A stretch of DNA of 64,000 nucleotides, from positions 372,001 to 436,000 of the forward strand of contig CAXXQE010000008.1 in assembly GCA_963665615.2 (NCBI GenBank). The letters are read 5' to 3'. Made by a program: the position numbers and the translations under genes. A model generated the notes under the pieces. The model saw nothing but the letters and a program-made list of their open reading frames with translations, did not search any database and was not told the DNA's origin. This DNA is from Syntrophales bacterium. GTDB taxonomy: Bacteria; Desulfobacterota; Syntrophia; Syntrophales; UBA4778. Every line of letters starts with the position of its first letter. The first letter of the stretch is position 1. This document shows, piece after piece, positions 9,648 through 21,089 of this stretch.

Positions 9648-10940
9648 ATGAAAGAAGTTGTTATCGTCAGCGGCGCCAGAACTGCTGTCGGAAGTTTCGG
9701 TGGAGCCCTCAAGGGTGTAAAAGTTGTCGATCTGGGTGCGCTCGTGATCAAAGAGGCCGTCAAAAGAGCCGGCCTGCGCCCTGTCATTACCGACGAAATC
9801 AAGAGCTTCCGGCCCAATGTTTTCGGTGACTTTGACAAGACTGAGATCAACAAGAAATATTACGACTACGATGAGTCCCTGAAGCCCGCCTATTTCGACG
9901 AGCTGATTATGGGGCACGGTCTCGGCGCGGGCATGGGCCAGAACCCCGGTCGTCAGGCCGGTATCTTCGCGGGTCTGCCTGAAGAGACCAACGCCATCAC
10001 GGTCAACAAGGTGTGCGCCTCCGGCATTAAGGCCGTCGCCCTGGCTGCTCAGTCGATCAAGACGGGCGATGCGGAAATCGCCATTGCCGGCGGTATGGAA
10101 AACATGAGCAACGCCATCTACGGTCTGCCCGATGCCCGCTGGGGCTATCGCATGAACATGCCCTTCGGTCAGATTGCCGACCTGATGGTTCATGACGGCC
10201 TCTATGAAATCTTCAATGGCTACCACATGGGCATGACGGCGGAGAACTTGGCCGAGGCCTATAAGATAACCCGCGAAGAGCAGGATGAACTGGCGGCCCT
10301 GAGCCATGCCAGAGCACGCGCGGCGATCGCCAGCGGCTCCATTGACGACGAAATCGTCCCCGTCGCCATCCCCCAGAAAAAGGGCGATCCCCTTCTGTTC
10401 AAGGTCGATGAAAGACCGATGGACACCAACGTTGAAAAGATGTCCAAGCTGGGAACCGCCTTCAAGAAGGGCGGCACGGTCACCGCGGGAAATGCCTCCG
10501 GCATCAATGACGGCGCGGCTGCAATGGTCCTCATGTCCGCTGACAAGGCCAAAGCGCTCGGTCTTAAGCCTCTGGCCAAGATCGTCGGCTATGCAGCAGG
10601 CGGTATTGATCCGGCATACATGGGTCTCGGGCCTGTGCCGGCCACCCGCAAGGTCCTGAAACAGCTCGGCATGACGATAAAGGATATGGATCTGATCGAG
10701 CTGAACGAGGCATTTGCCTCTCAGGCGATCGCCTGCATGCGCGAACTCGGCATCTCGACCGACAACTGCAACCTGAACGGAAGCGGCATCTCCATCGGCC
10801 ATCCGATCGGCTGTACGGGTGCCAGAATCACCTATGCACTGGCCATGCAGCTGAAGAAAAAGAACCTCCGCTACGGTCTGGCAACCCTCTGTATCGGTGG
10901 CGGCCAGGGTTACGCCATGGTTCTGGAAAACGTGAAGTAA
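9648..10940 (+). CDS. Acetyl-CoA C-acetyltransferase (thiolase)
   Basis: [28 protein letters not shown] catalytic motifs. Confidence 0.95.
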   Translation: MKEVVIVSGARTAVGSFGGALKGVKVVDLGALVIKEAVKRAGLRPVITDEIKSFRPNVFGDFDKTEINKKYYDYDESLKPAYFDELIMGHGLGAGMGQNPGRQAGIFAGLPEETNAITVNKVCASGIKAVALAAQSIKTGDAEIAIAGGMENMSNAIYGLPDARWGYRMNMPFGQIADLMVHDGLYEIFNGYHMGMTAENLAEAYKITREEQDELAALSHARARAAIASGSIDDEIVPVAIPQKKGDPLLFKVDERPMDTNVEKMSKLGTAFKKGGTVTAGNASGINDGAAAMVLMSADKAKALGLKPLAKIVGYAAGGIDPAYMGLGPVPATRKVLKQLGMTIKDMDLIELNEAFASQAIACMRELGISTDNCNLNGSGISIGHPIGCTGARITYALAMQLKKKNLRYGLATLCIGGGQGYAMVLENVK

Positions 10941-10972
10941 TAGTTGATGTTGATAGACCCTTAGGTTCCTTG

Positions 10973-11009
10973 AGGGAGCGGATCGATCAGCGGTCCGCTC
11001 CCTTTTTTT
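10973..11009 (+). terminator. Intrinsic terminator
   Basis: AGGGAGCGGATCG-atcag-CGGTCCGCTCCCT followed by T run. Confidence 0.85.
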
Positions 11010-11112
11010 GATTGGTCTCCAGGTGCATCTCAATCTAGAAGAGCGCTTTCAGGTCACTGGCAGCGAAATGGCGCAGGCAGCCGCCGATATGATTCTTGCA
11101 GGGGATAAAGCT

Positions 11113-11213
11113 AGAAGTTAAAAGGCTGAGAAGTTAAGAAGATGGGAAGCCGTCTAAGACCCGTCTGCTGGCCTTGTTTTTTTCTCAGCTTCTTATCCTC
11201 TCAACTTCTTAAC
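11113..11213. repeat. Inverted pair of degenerate 8-mer arrays
   Basis: AGAAGTTA AAAGGCTG AGAAGTTA AGAAGATG versus TTCTCAGC TTCTTATC CTCTCAAC TTCTTAAC. Confidence 0.65.
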
Positions 11214-11228
11214 CGCTGTTTGCCGGCA

Positions 11229-12875
<1,647 letters not shown>

Positions 12876-13045
12876 TTAGATTGTGAAAACAATGTGTTGA
12901 AGTGGCTAAACCGGACGGGACGGACGAGCCGTCGAACCTTTAAACGGCACCCATATCAGCACTGTTAATTCAAAAAGTCAAGACGACGAAAGCCGAAAAA
13001 CCGATAAAAAATGACAAGTATTTCAACTTTCCGCAAGACCCTCAT

Positions 13046-13085
13046 AAAAAAGCCCCCGGCAAAAAACAGGGGGGCTTCATTTTTT
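13046..13085. terminator. Bidirectional intrinsic terminator downstream of guaA
   Basis: A run-GCCCCC-loop-GGGGGCTT-T run. Confidence 0.7.
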
Positions 13086-13200
13086 AAGCAACTGCCAATT
13101 CGGTCTGAAAACGTGATCGCAAGACAATCCAGCCAGCCAACGGCCTGTCATTCGTAATGGTTCCGTAAAAAGTCGAACTGCACATCGTTGAGTTGGCTCA

Positions 13201-13337
13201 GAGACCTTACACAGGGCGGATCGTGCGACAGGTCTCGAACGCGAATCAAAGATTTTTCCAACCCGATGGTCTTAGCAATCTGCCGCCGAACGTGACGGAA
13301 AAAGATTTCTGAGCGGCAGAGAGCTGTCGTACGATCC
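13201..13337. other. Structured intergenic element (candidate ncRNA or palindromic repeat)
   Basis: 19-bp arms 13218-13236 and 13319-13337 with 2 mismatches; inner stem TCTGCCGC/GCGGCAGA. Confidence 0.45.
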
Positions 13338-13355
13338 ACACATCCGGATGCCTGC

Positions 13356-14909
13356 TTACTCCCACTCAATCGTGCTTGGGGGTTTGGTGCTGATGTCGTA
13401 GACAACGCGATTGACGCCCTTCACCTCGTTGACGATGCGGCTGGAGATCCGTTCCAGAACGGGGAAGGGGATCTTGACCCAATCGGCGGTCATCCCATCT
13501 GTGCTGGAGATCGCCCGGACAGCGATCACGTTTTCGTAGGTCCGGCCATCTCCCATGACCCCGACGCTCTTCACCGGAAGCAGGACGGCGAACTCCTGCC
13601 AGACCTCGCTGAAAAGGCCGCCAGCCAGGATCTCGTGGCGAACGATGGCATCCGCCTTGCGGACGATCTCGAGGTTCTTCTTGGTGATCTTTCCGAGAAT
13701 ACGCACGGCCAGCCCTGGACCGGGGAAGGGATGGCGGTTGATGATCGGCTCCGGAAGCCCCAACTCGCGGCCGAGCTCGCGGACCTCATCCTTGAACAGA
13801 ACGCGCAGCGGTTCGACGAGTTCCATCTTGAGTTTCTCGGGAAGCCCTCCCACGTTGTGGTGGCTCTTGATGACAACCGACGGACCGCCAAAGGAGGAGA
13901 CGCTCTCGATCACATCGGGATAGAGAGTCCCCTGTGCAAGAAACCTGATCTTGCCCAGCTTCTTGGCCTCTTCTTCAAAGACATTTATAAACTCGGCTCC
14001 AATGATCTTGCGTTTCTTTTCCGGGTCCGTTACCCCCTTGAGCTTCGTCAGGAAACGATCACGGGCATGAATGATCTTAAAGTTCAGATGGAAGGCATCG
14101 CGGAAGGTCGCGACCACCTCTTCGGCCTCTCCTTCGCGTAGCAGCCCGTTATCGACAAAGATAGAAACCAGTCGGTTCCCGATAGCTTTATGCAGAAGCA
14201 ACGCGAGCACTGAGGAATCTACGCCGCCGGAGAGGGCCAGAAGCACACGCTCATTACCGACCTGTTTCCTGATAGCCTGAACATTTTCCTCGATAAAGGA
14301 ACCCATGGTCCAGTTGGGCTCGCATCCGGCCACCTTGAAGATAAAATTCTGGAGCATGGTCAGGCCGTTGAGGGTGTGGGTGACCTCCGGATGAAACTGC
14401 ACGCCGTAGAGTTTCTTTTCCGGGTTTGCCATCGCCGCGACAGGACAGTTCGCGGTGATGCCGATTTCGTGAAAACCGGCGGGAAGCCGGGTGATCCGGT
14501 CGCCATGACTCATCCAGATCTGCTGCTTGCCCTTGAGACCGGAAAAGAGCGGGGCCTTCTTGCCCTCCGGCAGGATGGTCAGATCCGCCTTGCCGTATTC
14601 TCGGACGGACGAGGCCTCGACCTTTCCGCCAAGCTGGTGGGACATGAGCTGCATGCCGTAACAGATTCCCAAAACGGGTACGCCCAGTCCGAAGATCTTC
14701 TTGTCGCACAGGGGAACCCCCGGATCGAAGATGCTGGCAGGTCCGCCGGAGAGGATGATGGCGCGCGGCCTTTTCTCCATGAGCTTCTTGACGGAGATGT
14801 CGTGCGGCAGGATCTCACAGAACACGCGGCATTCGCGGACGCGTCGTGCAATCAACTGGTTGTACTGCGAACCAAAATCGAGGATGGCGATCATGTTGTT
14901 GTCTTTCAT
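13356..14909 (-). CDS. guaA: GMP synthase
   Basis: [39 protein letters not shown]. Confidence 0.98.
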   Translation of the reverse strand: MKDNNMIAILDFGSQYNQLIARRVRECRVFCEILPHDISVKKLMEKRPRAIILSGGPASIFDPGVPLCDKKIFGLGVPVLGICYGMQLMSHQLGGKVEASSVREYGKADLTILPEGKKAPLFSGLKGKQQIWMSHGDRITRLPAGFHEIGITANCPVAAMANPEKKLYGVQFHPEVTHTLNGLTMLQNFIFKVAGCEPNWTMGSFIEENVQAIRKQVGNERVLLALSGGVDSSVLALLLHKAIGNRLVSIFVDNGLLREGEAEEVVATFRDAFHLNFKIIHARDRFLTKLKGVTDPEKKRKIIGAEFINVFEEEAKKLGKIRFLAQGTLYPDVIESVSSFGGPSVVIKSHHNVGGLPEKLKMELVEPLRVLFKDEVRELGRELGLPEPIINRHPFPGPGLAVRILGKITKKNLEIVRKADAIVRHEILAGGLFSEVWQEFAVLLPVKSVGVMGDGRTYENVIAVRAISSTDGMTADWVKIPFPVLERISSRIVNEVKGVNRVVYDISTKPPSTIEWE

Positions 14910-17900
14910 TTTGCTTCCAATGCCTTCTTAATTTTTGTCGTAATAAACTCCACGGACTCACCCAGGAGCACGCCGATCGGCAGCCGCTCCAAGTAGGCGT
15001 CGTCCCATGGCAGGTTGTATTCGTTGATCATGTTGCGGATGTCGTTGTAACGGTCTGCAAGAGCCTCGATCTTTTCCCGCACGCCCAGCGTTTCGTTGAA
15101 GGCGATGTGGGCCAGCAGCAGGTTGCGCACTCCCGGTTTGTCCTGAAGCAGCGGGATGATCGTGATCGGCGCGTTGTCGGAACGGCCGAATCCGACATAG
15201 ACGTTTCCCGTCCGGACGATCGTCTTTTTGGTGCCCATCAGGGTCGCCGAAAACTCGGCCCTGGATTTCATCTGCAGGGCGATCCCGCCCCTCAAGCGGA
15301 TGGAAATCGTCGACTGCTCGACGGGCTCGCCGTCCGCCGTCAAGCCATTAATATCGTATAATGTATAGCCTTTGACATCAACAAGGGTCTTCTGGATGCG
15401 CCCCAGGGCGAGGATGTTGCCGCTGCTCAAATTGCGGATCGAGAAGCCGAGTTGAGCGAGCAGATCGAAGAGAACGCCGCGCAACACCTCTTCCTTGCGG
15501 CTGGTGCCGACCGTAACGGTCTTGGCCTGGTGACGGATTGCATCGATCGGTCGGGAAAGATCATCCACGGCATGCCCCAGCGTCACATTGAGCAGGTCGA
15601 GCGGCCCCAGCCCGTCTTGATCCCTGAATTCTTTCCAATAATCCTCAAGGGGGAGTTTGCCTACGGCATACTTGAGCAGCAGCGCAATGTCCGAGATGGT
15701 ATTGACGTTGGTCCAGGAGAAAGCCCCGCTCTGGCGCTTTTCGTGAAACCGGAACGCATAGTCGTCGATCATGCGATGCAACTCTCTATCCGCAATCCGC
15801 TCGATAAGAGACAGATCCCGCTTGTCCTGCCGGATCATCTCCAGACTGAGCCTGTTCTTGAATTCCTGCAGAAAGGTCGAACTGCTGTCGATGTGGCAGG
15901 CGGCGTGGTAGCCCCAGAGATGCCCCGCAGCCGTATTGAGTATAACCGGTATCGGCATCGGCGCGACGGGGAGGCCGATCACGGCGTCGGCGATACCGTC
16001 GAAGCGCCGTTCACCCTCCTCGGCAAAAACCACGACGGCGGACTTGTGCGCCTTGAAGATCGCCACATCCTTGACGATGTCCCCCATGACGACCTCCGGA
16101 TTGCCAGCGGCGCAGACAACAATCAGCGGCTCCGAAGACAGGTCGATGTGTTTCTTGTCTTCGATCACATCGGACGAAATGGTCTTATAGCACAGTTCGC
16201 TCAACTTGATCCGGATCTCGTCGGCCGCGGCCTTATTGGGACCGCTTCCTACGATGGCCCAATACTTTTTGTGTCGCGCCACCTTCTGAACGGAGGCGGC
16301 GATCTCGGTGCTCTTATCGAGCACGCCGGTCATCAATCCCGGAATTTTCTCCAAGTTGGCCAGTTCGGCGGCAATGGCCTCATCGGTCATCGCCTTCAAC
16401 GTCTTGGCGATAAAGAGCGCAAGGACATAGCCTGCCACGATCTGAGAATAAAAGGCCTTTGTCGAGGCGACGGACATCTCGATATCGCGGCCATCGCTCG
16501 TATAAAAGACGCCGTGGGCCTTGTGCGTGATATCGGATTGTCTGCGGTTGACGATGGCCAGAATTGTCGCACCGCGCTCCAACGCCATCGAGACCGCGCG
16601 GTTGGTGTCGGTCGTCGTCCCCGATTGGGTCACCGCAATGATGAGGCAATCTTTCAGATCCTGTTCCAGTGAAAAGCCGCTCAACTCGGAGGCACGCTTG
16701 GCCTCGACGTGAACGGACCCCCCTTTGACGTAGCGCTTGATCCCGTCGGCAATCGCAGCACCCGCGACGGCCGCCGTCCCATGACCGATGACGTAGATAT
16801 TCCGGATCTCTCCCTTGGTCAGGGCCTTCTTCAACTTCTTGGGCAGTATGTCCTCTCCAAGGTTGAAGATGACCTCTTTTTTTGTTGTAACGCGGTACTT
16901 GCCCCGCAGGGTCTTGCGCACCGACTGGGCCGCCTCGGAAATCTCCTTCAGGAAGAAGTGCGGGAAGCTGCCGCGATCGATGTCGCGTGTGGTGATCTCG
17001 GCATGGCGGACATCCGCTGCAGTCAGCTGGAAGGGGGTTCCGTCATAGTACATGCCCTGAATGCCGTCTGTCCCGCCGGTCGAGTTTTGATCCAAGACGT
17101 AGATCTGGCCATGAACGCTCTCATCTGCCGGAGAGGGCTTTTCTCCGTCCATCTTGAGAAAATCCGGGGTCTCTTCGACCAGACCGTATACCTCCGAAGA
17201 CAGGATATACTGATCGCTGCAGAGTCCCACATAGATCGACTGACCGCTGCCTTTCAGGGCGAGAAAGGTCTTGCCCGGTTCCACGTTGCTCTGCATGGCG
17301 ATAGCGTGCGAGCCCTCGAAATCGCATAGGGCGCGCCGAAAGGCGCCGGTCAGGTCAAGGCCTTCGCGCAGGTACTGTTCAATTTGCAGGGGGATGATCT
17401 TGGTGTCGGTCGTCAACTCCGGCGCGATCAGGTTTTTGTCTCCTCTCTCCAGCACTTGCCGGAGCCCCTGATAGTTATCGATGTCCCCGTTAAGAACGAC
17501 ATTGATCCGCCAGTCTCCGCGCCCATAGCGGGGGTAGTCTTTGAGTCCCCCCTCGGCGCCGTTGAGCGTAAAGTTGTTCACGGGATGACAATTCTCCTCC
17601 GTGATCGATCCGACGGAAGCCCAACGAGTATGGGCGAAGGCCACTTCGGCCTCAACCGGCTGATTGGCGAGGACGTGTAGCACCTGGTCCTCTGCAATGC
17701 GCTTCCGGAGTTCCCGAACATTGCGCCCCAGTTCACCGATGATCGAAGCCGTTTTATAGGTGAAGGACAGGAAGAGTGTCGTTTCGCCCTCGGACAGTTG
17801 AATGGACCCGTCGACGAGATCTCCGGCGCACCGCCTCGACTCGAAGGCCTCGTAAAGTCCTCGGGCCTGGAGCGCCTGAATCATCCGGTCCAGCGTCCTA

Positions 17901-18601
17901 GCATCGGCCAGCGTAAAGGAGATCTGGACCCCGGCCGAATCACGCCCGCGGACCTCCAGCCGGTCGAGACTGTTTAACAGATAATTGAGCTCCCGGTACT
18001 TTCTGAATCCATTTTCCGAGACCCCTTCAGGGCAGAGCGCCTTAATTTTGACAATGTTGTCTAAAAAGTCCCTCTCCAGGGTCCAGAGGATATCCTTGAT
18101 CTGGATAATCCGGCTATTGATAATTTCTAATTCATCGGTGTGAAAATGATCGGCGTTTTCTTCAAGGAGTCTCTCTTCGACCGCCAGAAATGCTGCCATC
18201 TCCTTGCAAAGCGCGAAAAGGGCGGAAAATGAGGCGTCGGAGAAAAAAACGCGACGGGACTGAACTTCTGACTTGAGCAGCAGGATCAAGCGATCCATGT
18301 CAGCCAGGACATCACCGCTGTCAAGATAATGCTGAGGCTTGACTGAGCCGGAGAGGATCTTATGCAGCGGCTTCTGACTGATCTTTTTGAAGTCCTCATC
18401 CAGGCGTCCCGCTGGTTCCTCCGGTTGATCTGGCCGGGTCGCGCCCTTGATGGCCATGATACCGGCAAAGCCGCAGAAAAGCGTCGTTTGCGCCATCGGA
18501 AAAAGAATCAGCGCCGCTCCTGAAACGCCTTTCGGGTTCACACCGATCAAGACCGGCAGGCTCAAGATGCGCTTAAAGATTTGTATGAAACCGTTTATCA
18601 T
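14906..18601 (-). CDS. glmS: Elongated glutamine-fructose-6-phosphate aminotransferase (GATase + 2 SIS + insertions)
   Basis: [58 protein letters not shown]. Confidence 0.8.
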   Translation of the reverse strand: MINGFIQIFKRILSLPVLIGVNPKGVSGAALILFPMAQTTLFCGFAGIMAIKGATRPDQPEEPAGRLDEDFKKISQKPLHKILSGSVKPQHYLDSGDVLADMDRLILLLKSEVQSRRVFFSDASFSALFALCKEMAAFLAVEERLLEENADHFHTDELEIINSRIIQIKDILWTLERDFLDNIVKIKALCPEGVSENGFRKYRELNYLLNSLDRLEVRGRDSAGVQISFTLADARTLDRMIQALQARGLYEAFESRRCAGDLVDGSIQLSEGETTLFLSFTYKTASIIGELGRNVRELRKRIAEDQVLHVLANQPVEAEVAFAHTRWASVGSITEENCHPVNNFTLNGAEGGLKDYPRYGRGDWRINVVLNGDIDNYQGLRQVLERGDKNLIAPELTTDTKIIPLQIEQYLREGLDLTGAFRRALCDFEGSHAIAMQSNVEPGKTFLALKGSGQSIYVGLCSDQYILSSEVYGLVEETPDFLKMDGEKPSPADESVHGQIYVLDQNSTGGTDGIQGMYYDGTPFQLTAADVRHAEITTRDIDRGSFPHFFLKEISEAAQSVRKTLRGKYRVTTKKEVIFNLGEDILPKKLKKALTKGEIRNIYVIGHGTAAVAGAAIADGIKRYVKGGSVHVEAKRASELSGFSLEQDLKDCLIIAVTQSGTTTDTNRAVSMALERGATILAIVNRRQSDITHKAHGVFYTSDGRDIEMSVASTKAFYSQIVAGYVLALFIAKTLKAMTDEAIAAELANLEKIPGLMTGVLDKSTEIAASVQKVARHKKYWAIVGSGPNKAAADEIRIKLSELCYKTISSDVIEDKKHIDLSSEPLIVVCAAGNPEVVMGDIVKDVAIFKAHKSAVVVFAEEGERRFDGIADAVIGLPVAPMPIPVILNTAAGHLWGYHAACHIDSSSTFLQEFKNRLSLEMIRQDKRDLSLIERIADRELHRMIDDYAFRFHEKRQSGAFSWTNVNTISDIALLLKYAVGKLPLEDYWKEFRDQDGLGPLDLLNVTLGHAVDDLSRPIDAIRHQAKTVTVGTSRKEEVLRGVLFDLLAQLGFSIRNLSSGNILALGRIQKTLVDVKGYTLYDINGLTADGEPVEQSTISIRLRGGIALQMKSRAEFSATLMGTKKTIVRTGNVYVGFGRSDNAPITIIPLLQDKPGVRNLLLAHIAFNETLGVREKIEALADRYNDIRNMINEYNLPWDDAYLERLPIGVLLGESVEFITTKIKKALEAK

Positions 18602-19998
18602 GAATCACCCTTCTCATTATTTGCGTCGCAACAGGCGGGAAGGAGCTCCAAAGCCTGGCGAACAACTTCCGCCACAATGGCTTGCAGCCAGCCTGTCCCT
18701 TGCAACTTGACCTCCGGGGGCAACTGACGGATTGTCTGGATGTAGCCGTCCGCCTGCCATCTCTGAAGTCCTTCCAGAAAACGATCCCGATTGCGCGCGC
18801 CGGTCTTTTCTTCGATTTCGGAGCGGAAACAGGATAAAAGGTCTGGCCAACGGCTCAACAGTTCGCGCTGCACTAGGAAAATCGTCTTCCGTATATCGGA
18901 CCGAGTCTCGCCGATCCGGATCGAGTCTTCCATTTTTTCGGCCAGTTCGCCGAAACGCTTGAGCCGTTCATCGATCGCACCATACAGCAACGCCGACGCG
19001 GACGTCGCCAGCGGCGCCCCATACTGTTGACTCTCGAAAAAGGGACGGCGGACCTGCGCGTACCACGTCTTGAGGGCCAGCAGATTGGCGAGATAGTAGA
19101 CGTTGTTTGTCACCCGGCGACGGATATCCCGATAGAGACCGGGAGCAAGGCCATTGCCCCCCCGATCCTCAACCACCCCGGAAAGTATCTTTCCCCCCTT
19201 GAGACAATCCCGACGGATCACGCTGCCGGCCGGGGTGACGGCCCCGAAGCCGATGCGAACGGGCCCGACCAAGCCTCCCTGCCCGCCGAGAAAGATCGGG
19301 GGTTGATCCAGCATGACGCCTTTTGGAACATCCCCCAAAAGCGAGGGGGTCGCCTTGTCCTGGTTCGGGGTATAGTTAAAATGAATAAACGAACTGCCGA
19401 CCTCGCTGTGATTGCGCCGATCGGTTCCGCCAGCCATAAAACAATCGCAAAAATTGATCAGGCTGCCTAGCGTCACGAAAGGAAACAGAATCGTCTGCTT
19501 GAGCCCGACGGTGTGGTTTCCACCGGATTCCTCCTCCAGAAGGCACCCCTCTCGCACCTGCGCACCGGAGCCGATAGAAACGCCATCCAAAAAAACGGAT
19601 GCCTTGAAAAATCCCCCTTTCAACTGCACTTGGCTTCCAAGCTGGCAGTCGATCACCGTCGCGGGATTTTCACCCCCAATTGCGGAGCCAGGACCGATCA
19701 GCGTAGTGTGCCCGTAGATCCTCGAGCCGGGAAAGAGTACCGTGTCTGGCGCAATTCGGTCAGGTGAAACCTCCGCGCCAATATCCACGGACGCCGGATG
19801 GGGAATCCGAACCCCCTTTTCGATCAGGTTTGAGATTTTTTCAGATACTTGCAACGACGGCAGACTCCATGCTTGATGATATGTATGATCAGGCCGAGAG
19901 GGTACCATTGCAGCCCCTGCGAAGTCAAGATTTGGCGCTTGATGGGCGGCCTGTCGGCGCTTGAAACGTTTTATATCTTTCCCCTGATCTTCGCCCAC
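18598..19998 (-). CDS. GlmU acetyltransferase-like (left-handed beta-helix) protein with no uridylyltransferase domain; true start probably downstream of 19998
   Basis: LIEKGVRIPHPASVDIG, hexapeptide repeats, EVGSSFIHFNY; stop overlaps glmS start. Confidence 0.7.
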   Translation of the reverse strand: MGEDQGKDIKRFKRRQAAHQAPNLDFAGAAMVPSRPDHTYHQAWSLPSLQVSEKISNLIEKGVRIPHPASVDIGAEVSPDRIAPDTVLFPGSRIYGHTTLIGPGSAIGGENPATVIDCQLGSQVQLKGGFFKASVFLDGVSIGSGAQVREGCLLEEESGGNHTVGLKQTILFPFVTLGSLINFCDCFMAGGTDRRNHSEVGSSFIHFNYTPNQDKATPSLLGDVPKGVMLDQPPIFLGGQGGLVGPVRIGFGAVTPAGSVIRRDCLKGGKILSGVVEDRGGNGLAPGLYRDIRRRVTNNVYYLANLLALKTWYAQVRRPFFESQQYGAPLATSASALLYGAIDERLKRFGELAEKMEDSIRIGETRSDIRKTIFLVQRELLSRWPDLLSCFRSEIEEKTGARNRDRFLEGLQRWQADGYIQTIRQLPPEVKLQGTGWLQAIVAEVVRQALELLPACCDANNEKGDS

Positions 19999-20753
19999 AG
20001 GATACCGAGATATTCATGCACGGCCAGTTCGGACGTTCTAAGCCCTTCGGCGCTGACGTAGAAATCCTCGAGGCGCATCGCCCCGGCCCTTGAGGGAATG
20101 AGAAACCGTGCCGGCGCGGGAATCGGATCCAATCCCGCATGTCTGAACAGCCCCACAGCCCGAGGCATGTGGAAGGCGGAGGTTACGAGAATCAATCGCT
20201 CCTTACCAATCAGCGCTCTAATCCGGCAGGCCTGTTCTTCAGTATCGCGGGACCGTAAATCCATGACAATATCTTTTGTCCGGGCGCCGAACGCCTCCGC
20301 CGCTTTTGCCAGGAGCTGCGCCTCAGCTGTGTCGCCATCCACCATACCGCCGGACAATAGCAAGCGACTGCCGGGATATCTGCGATGCAGACGCAAGCCC
20401 TCCCACAAGCGATGAACGCTGGCGTCCGACAGCTGCTCAACAGCTGAAAGGCGTGCATTAGGGATCGTGCCGCCGCCAAGGACGACAATCCATTTAATGG
20501 AAGCGTCCTGTGCCTTGATCTGCGACAGGTTGATCGGACTGTATCGATGCTCAAGCGTCTCCAGAAACCGGTCCGACAGGTAGTTTTGTCCCGCCAGCAG
20601 CAGGAGCAGGATGGCGAAAAAAACATAGTACTTTCCACGTCGCTGTGTCTGGCGGAACTGCAAATAAATCAAGCTGAAGATCAGCAGAAGAACGGAAAAG
20701 GCCAAGGGAAGAAAAAGTGGGGCTATTATTTTCTTAAAGAGAAACATAGTCAC
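19971..20753 (-). CDS. ElyC/YdcF (DUF218) envelope protein
   Basis: Two N-terminal TMs, IVVLGGG, SRDTEE, LVTSAFHMPRA, HEYLG. Confidence 0.9.
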   Translation of the reverse strand: MTMFLFKKIIAPLFLPLAFSVLLLIFSLIYLQFRQTQRRGKYYVFFAILLLLLAGQNYLSDRFLETLEHRYSPINLSQIKAQDASIKWIVVLGGGTIPNARLSAVEQLSDASVHRLWEGLRLHRRYPGSRLLLSGGMVDGDTAEAQLLAKAAEAFGARTKDIVMDLRSRDTEEQACRIRALIGKERLILVTSAFHMPRAVGLFRHAGLDPIPAPARFLIPSRAGAMRLEDFYVSAEGLRTSELAVHEYLGILWAKIRGKI

Positions 20754-21016
20754 CTCTATGCGTTAAGAATTCAGTATGCGCGCCAATCATGCCTAAAATT
20801 TTTCCCGGGGGATGGGAGATTCGCCAAAGCAAGCTCAGGGGGAAGCTTCAATGCCGCTTACACGATGATAACCTTCAACCGGTTCTCGACCCCGCCATTC
20901 TTCATTCAGCCCGTTTATCCGTACCCCCGTCGCCAAGACCGCTGACACGATGAAGACACCCTTTCAGGGGAGTGTCCTACACATAGCAACAGCACCTGCC
21001 AGAATCAACACAAAAT

Positions 21017-21050
21017 AAAAGGGCCTCCCTTGAGCAACAGAGGCCCTTTT
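21017..21050. terminator. Bidirectional intrinsic terminator
   Basis: AAAAGGGCCTC-loop-GAGGCCCTTTT. Confidence 0.8.
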
Positions 21051-21089
21051 GTTATGTTGTTTTGAAATGACAGGAAACGACGACGCTTC

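Noticed and set aside
9615..11033. 472-aa antisense ORF over thiolase
   Set aside because: Shadow ORF from codon bias; no motifs; fully overlaps a clear gene
15452..16672. 406-aa antisense ORF in glmS (likewise 11988-12968, 21249-22613, 26153-27169, 41653-42657)
   Set aside because: Antisense shadows of conserved genes
20754..21016. Possible glmS ribozyme or sigma54 promoter upstream of the elyC-glmU'-glmS' run
   Set aside because: No ribozyme core recognised; TGGCAG..TTGC spacing is one base too long for sigma54
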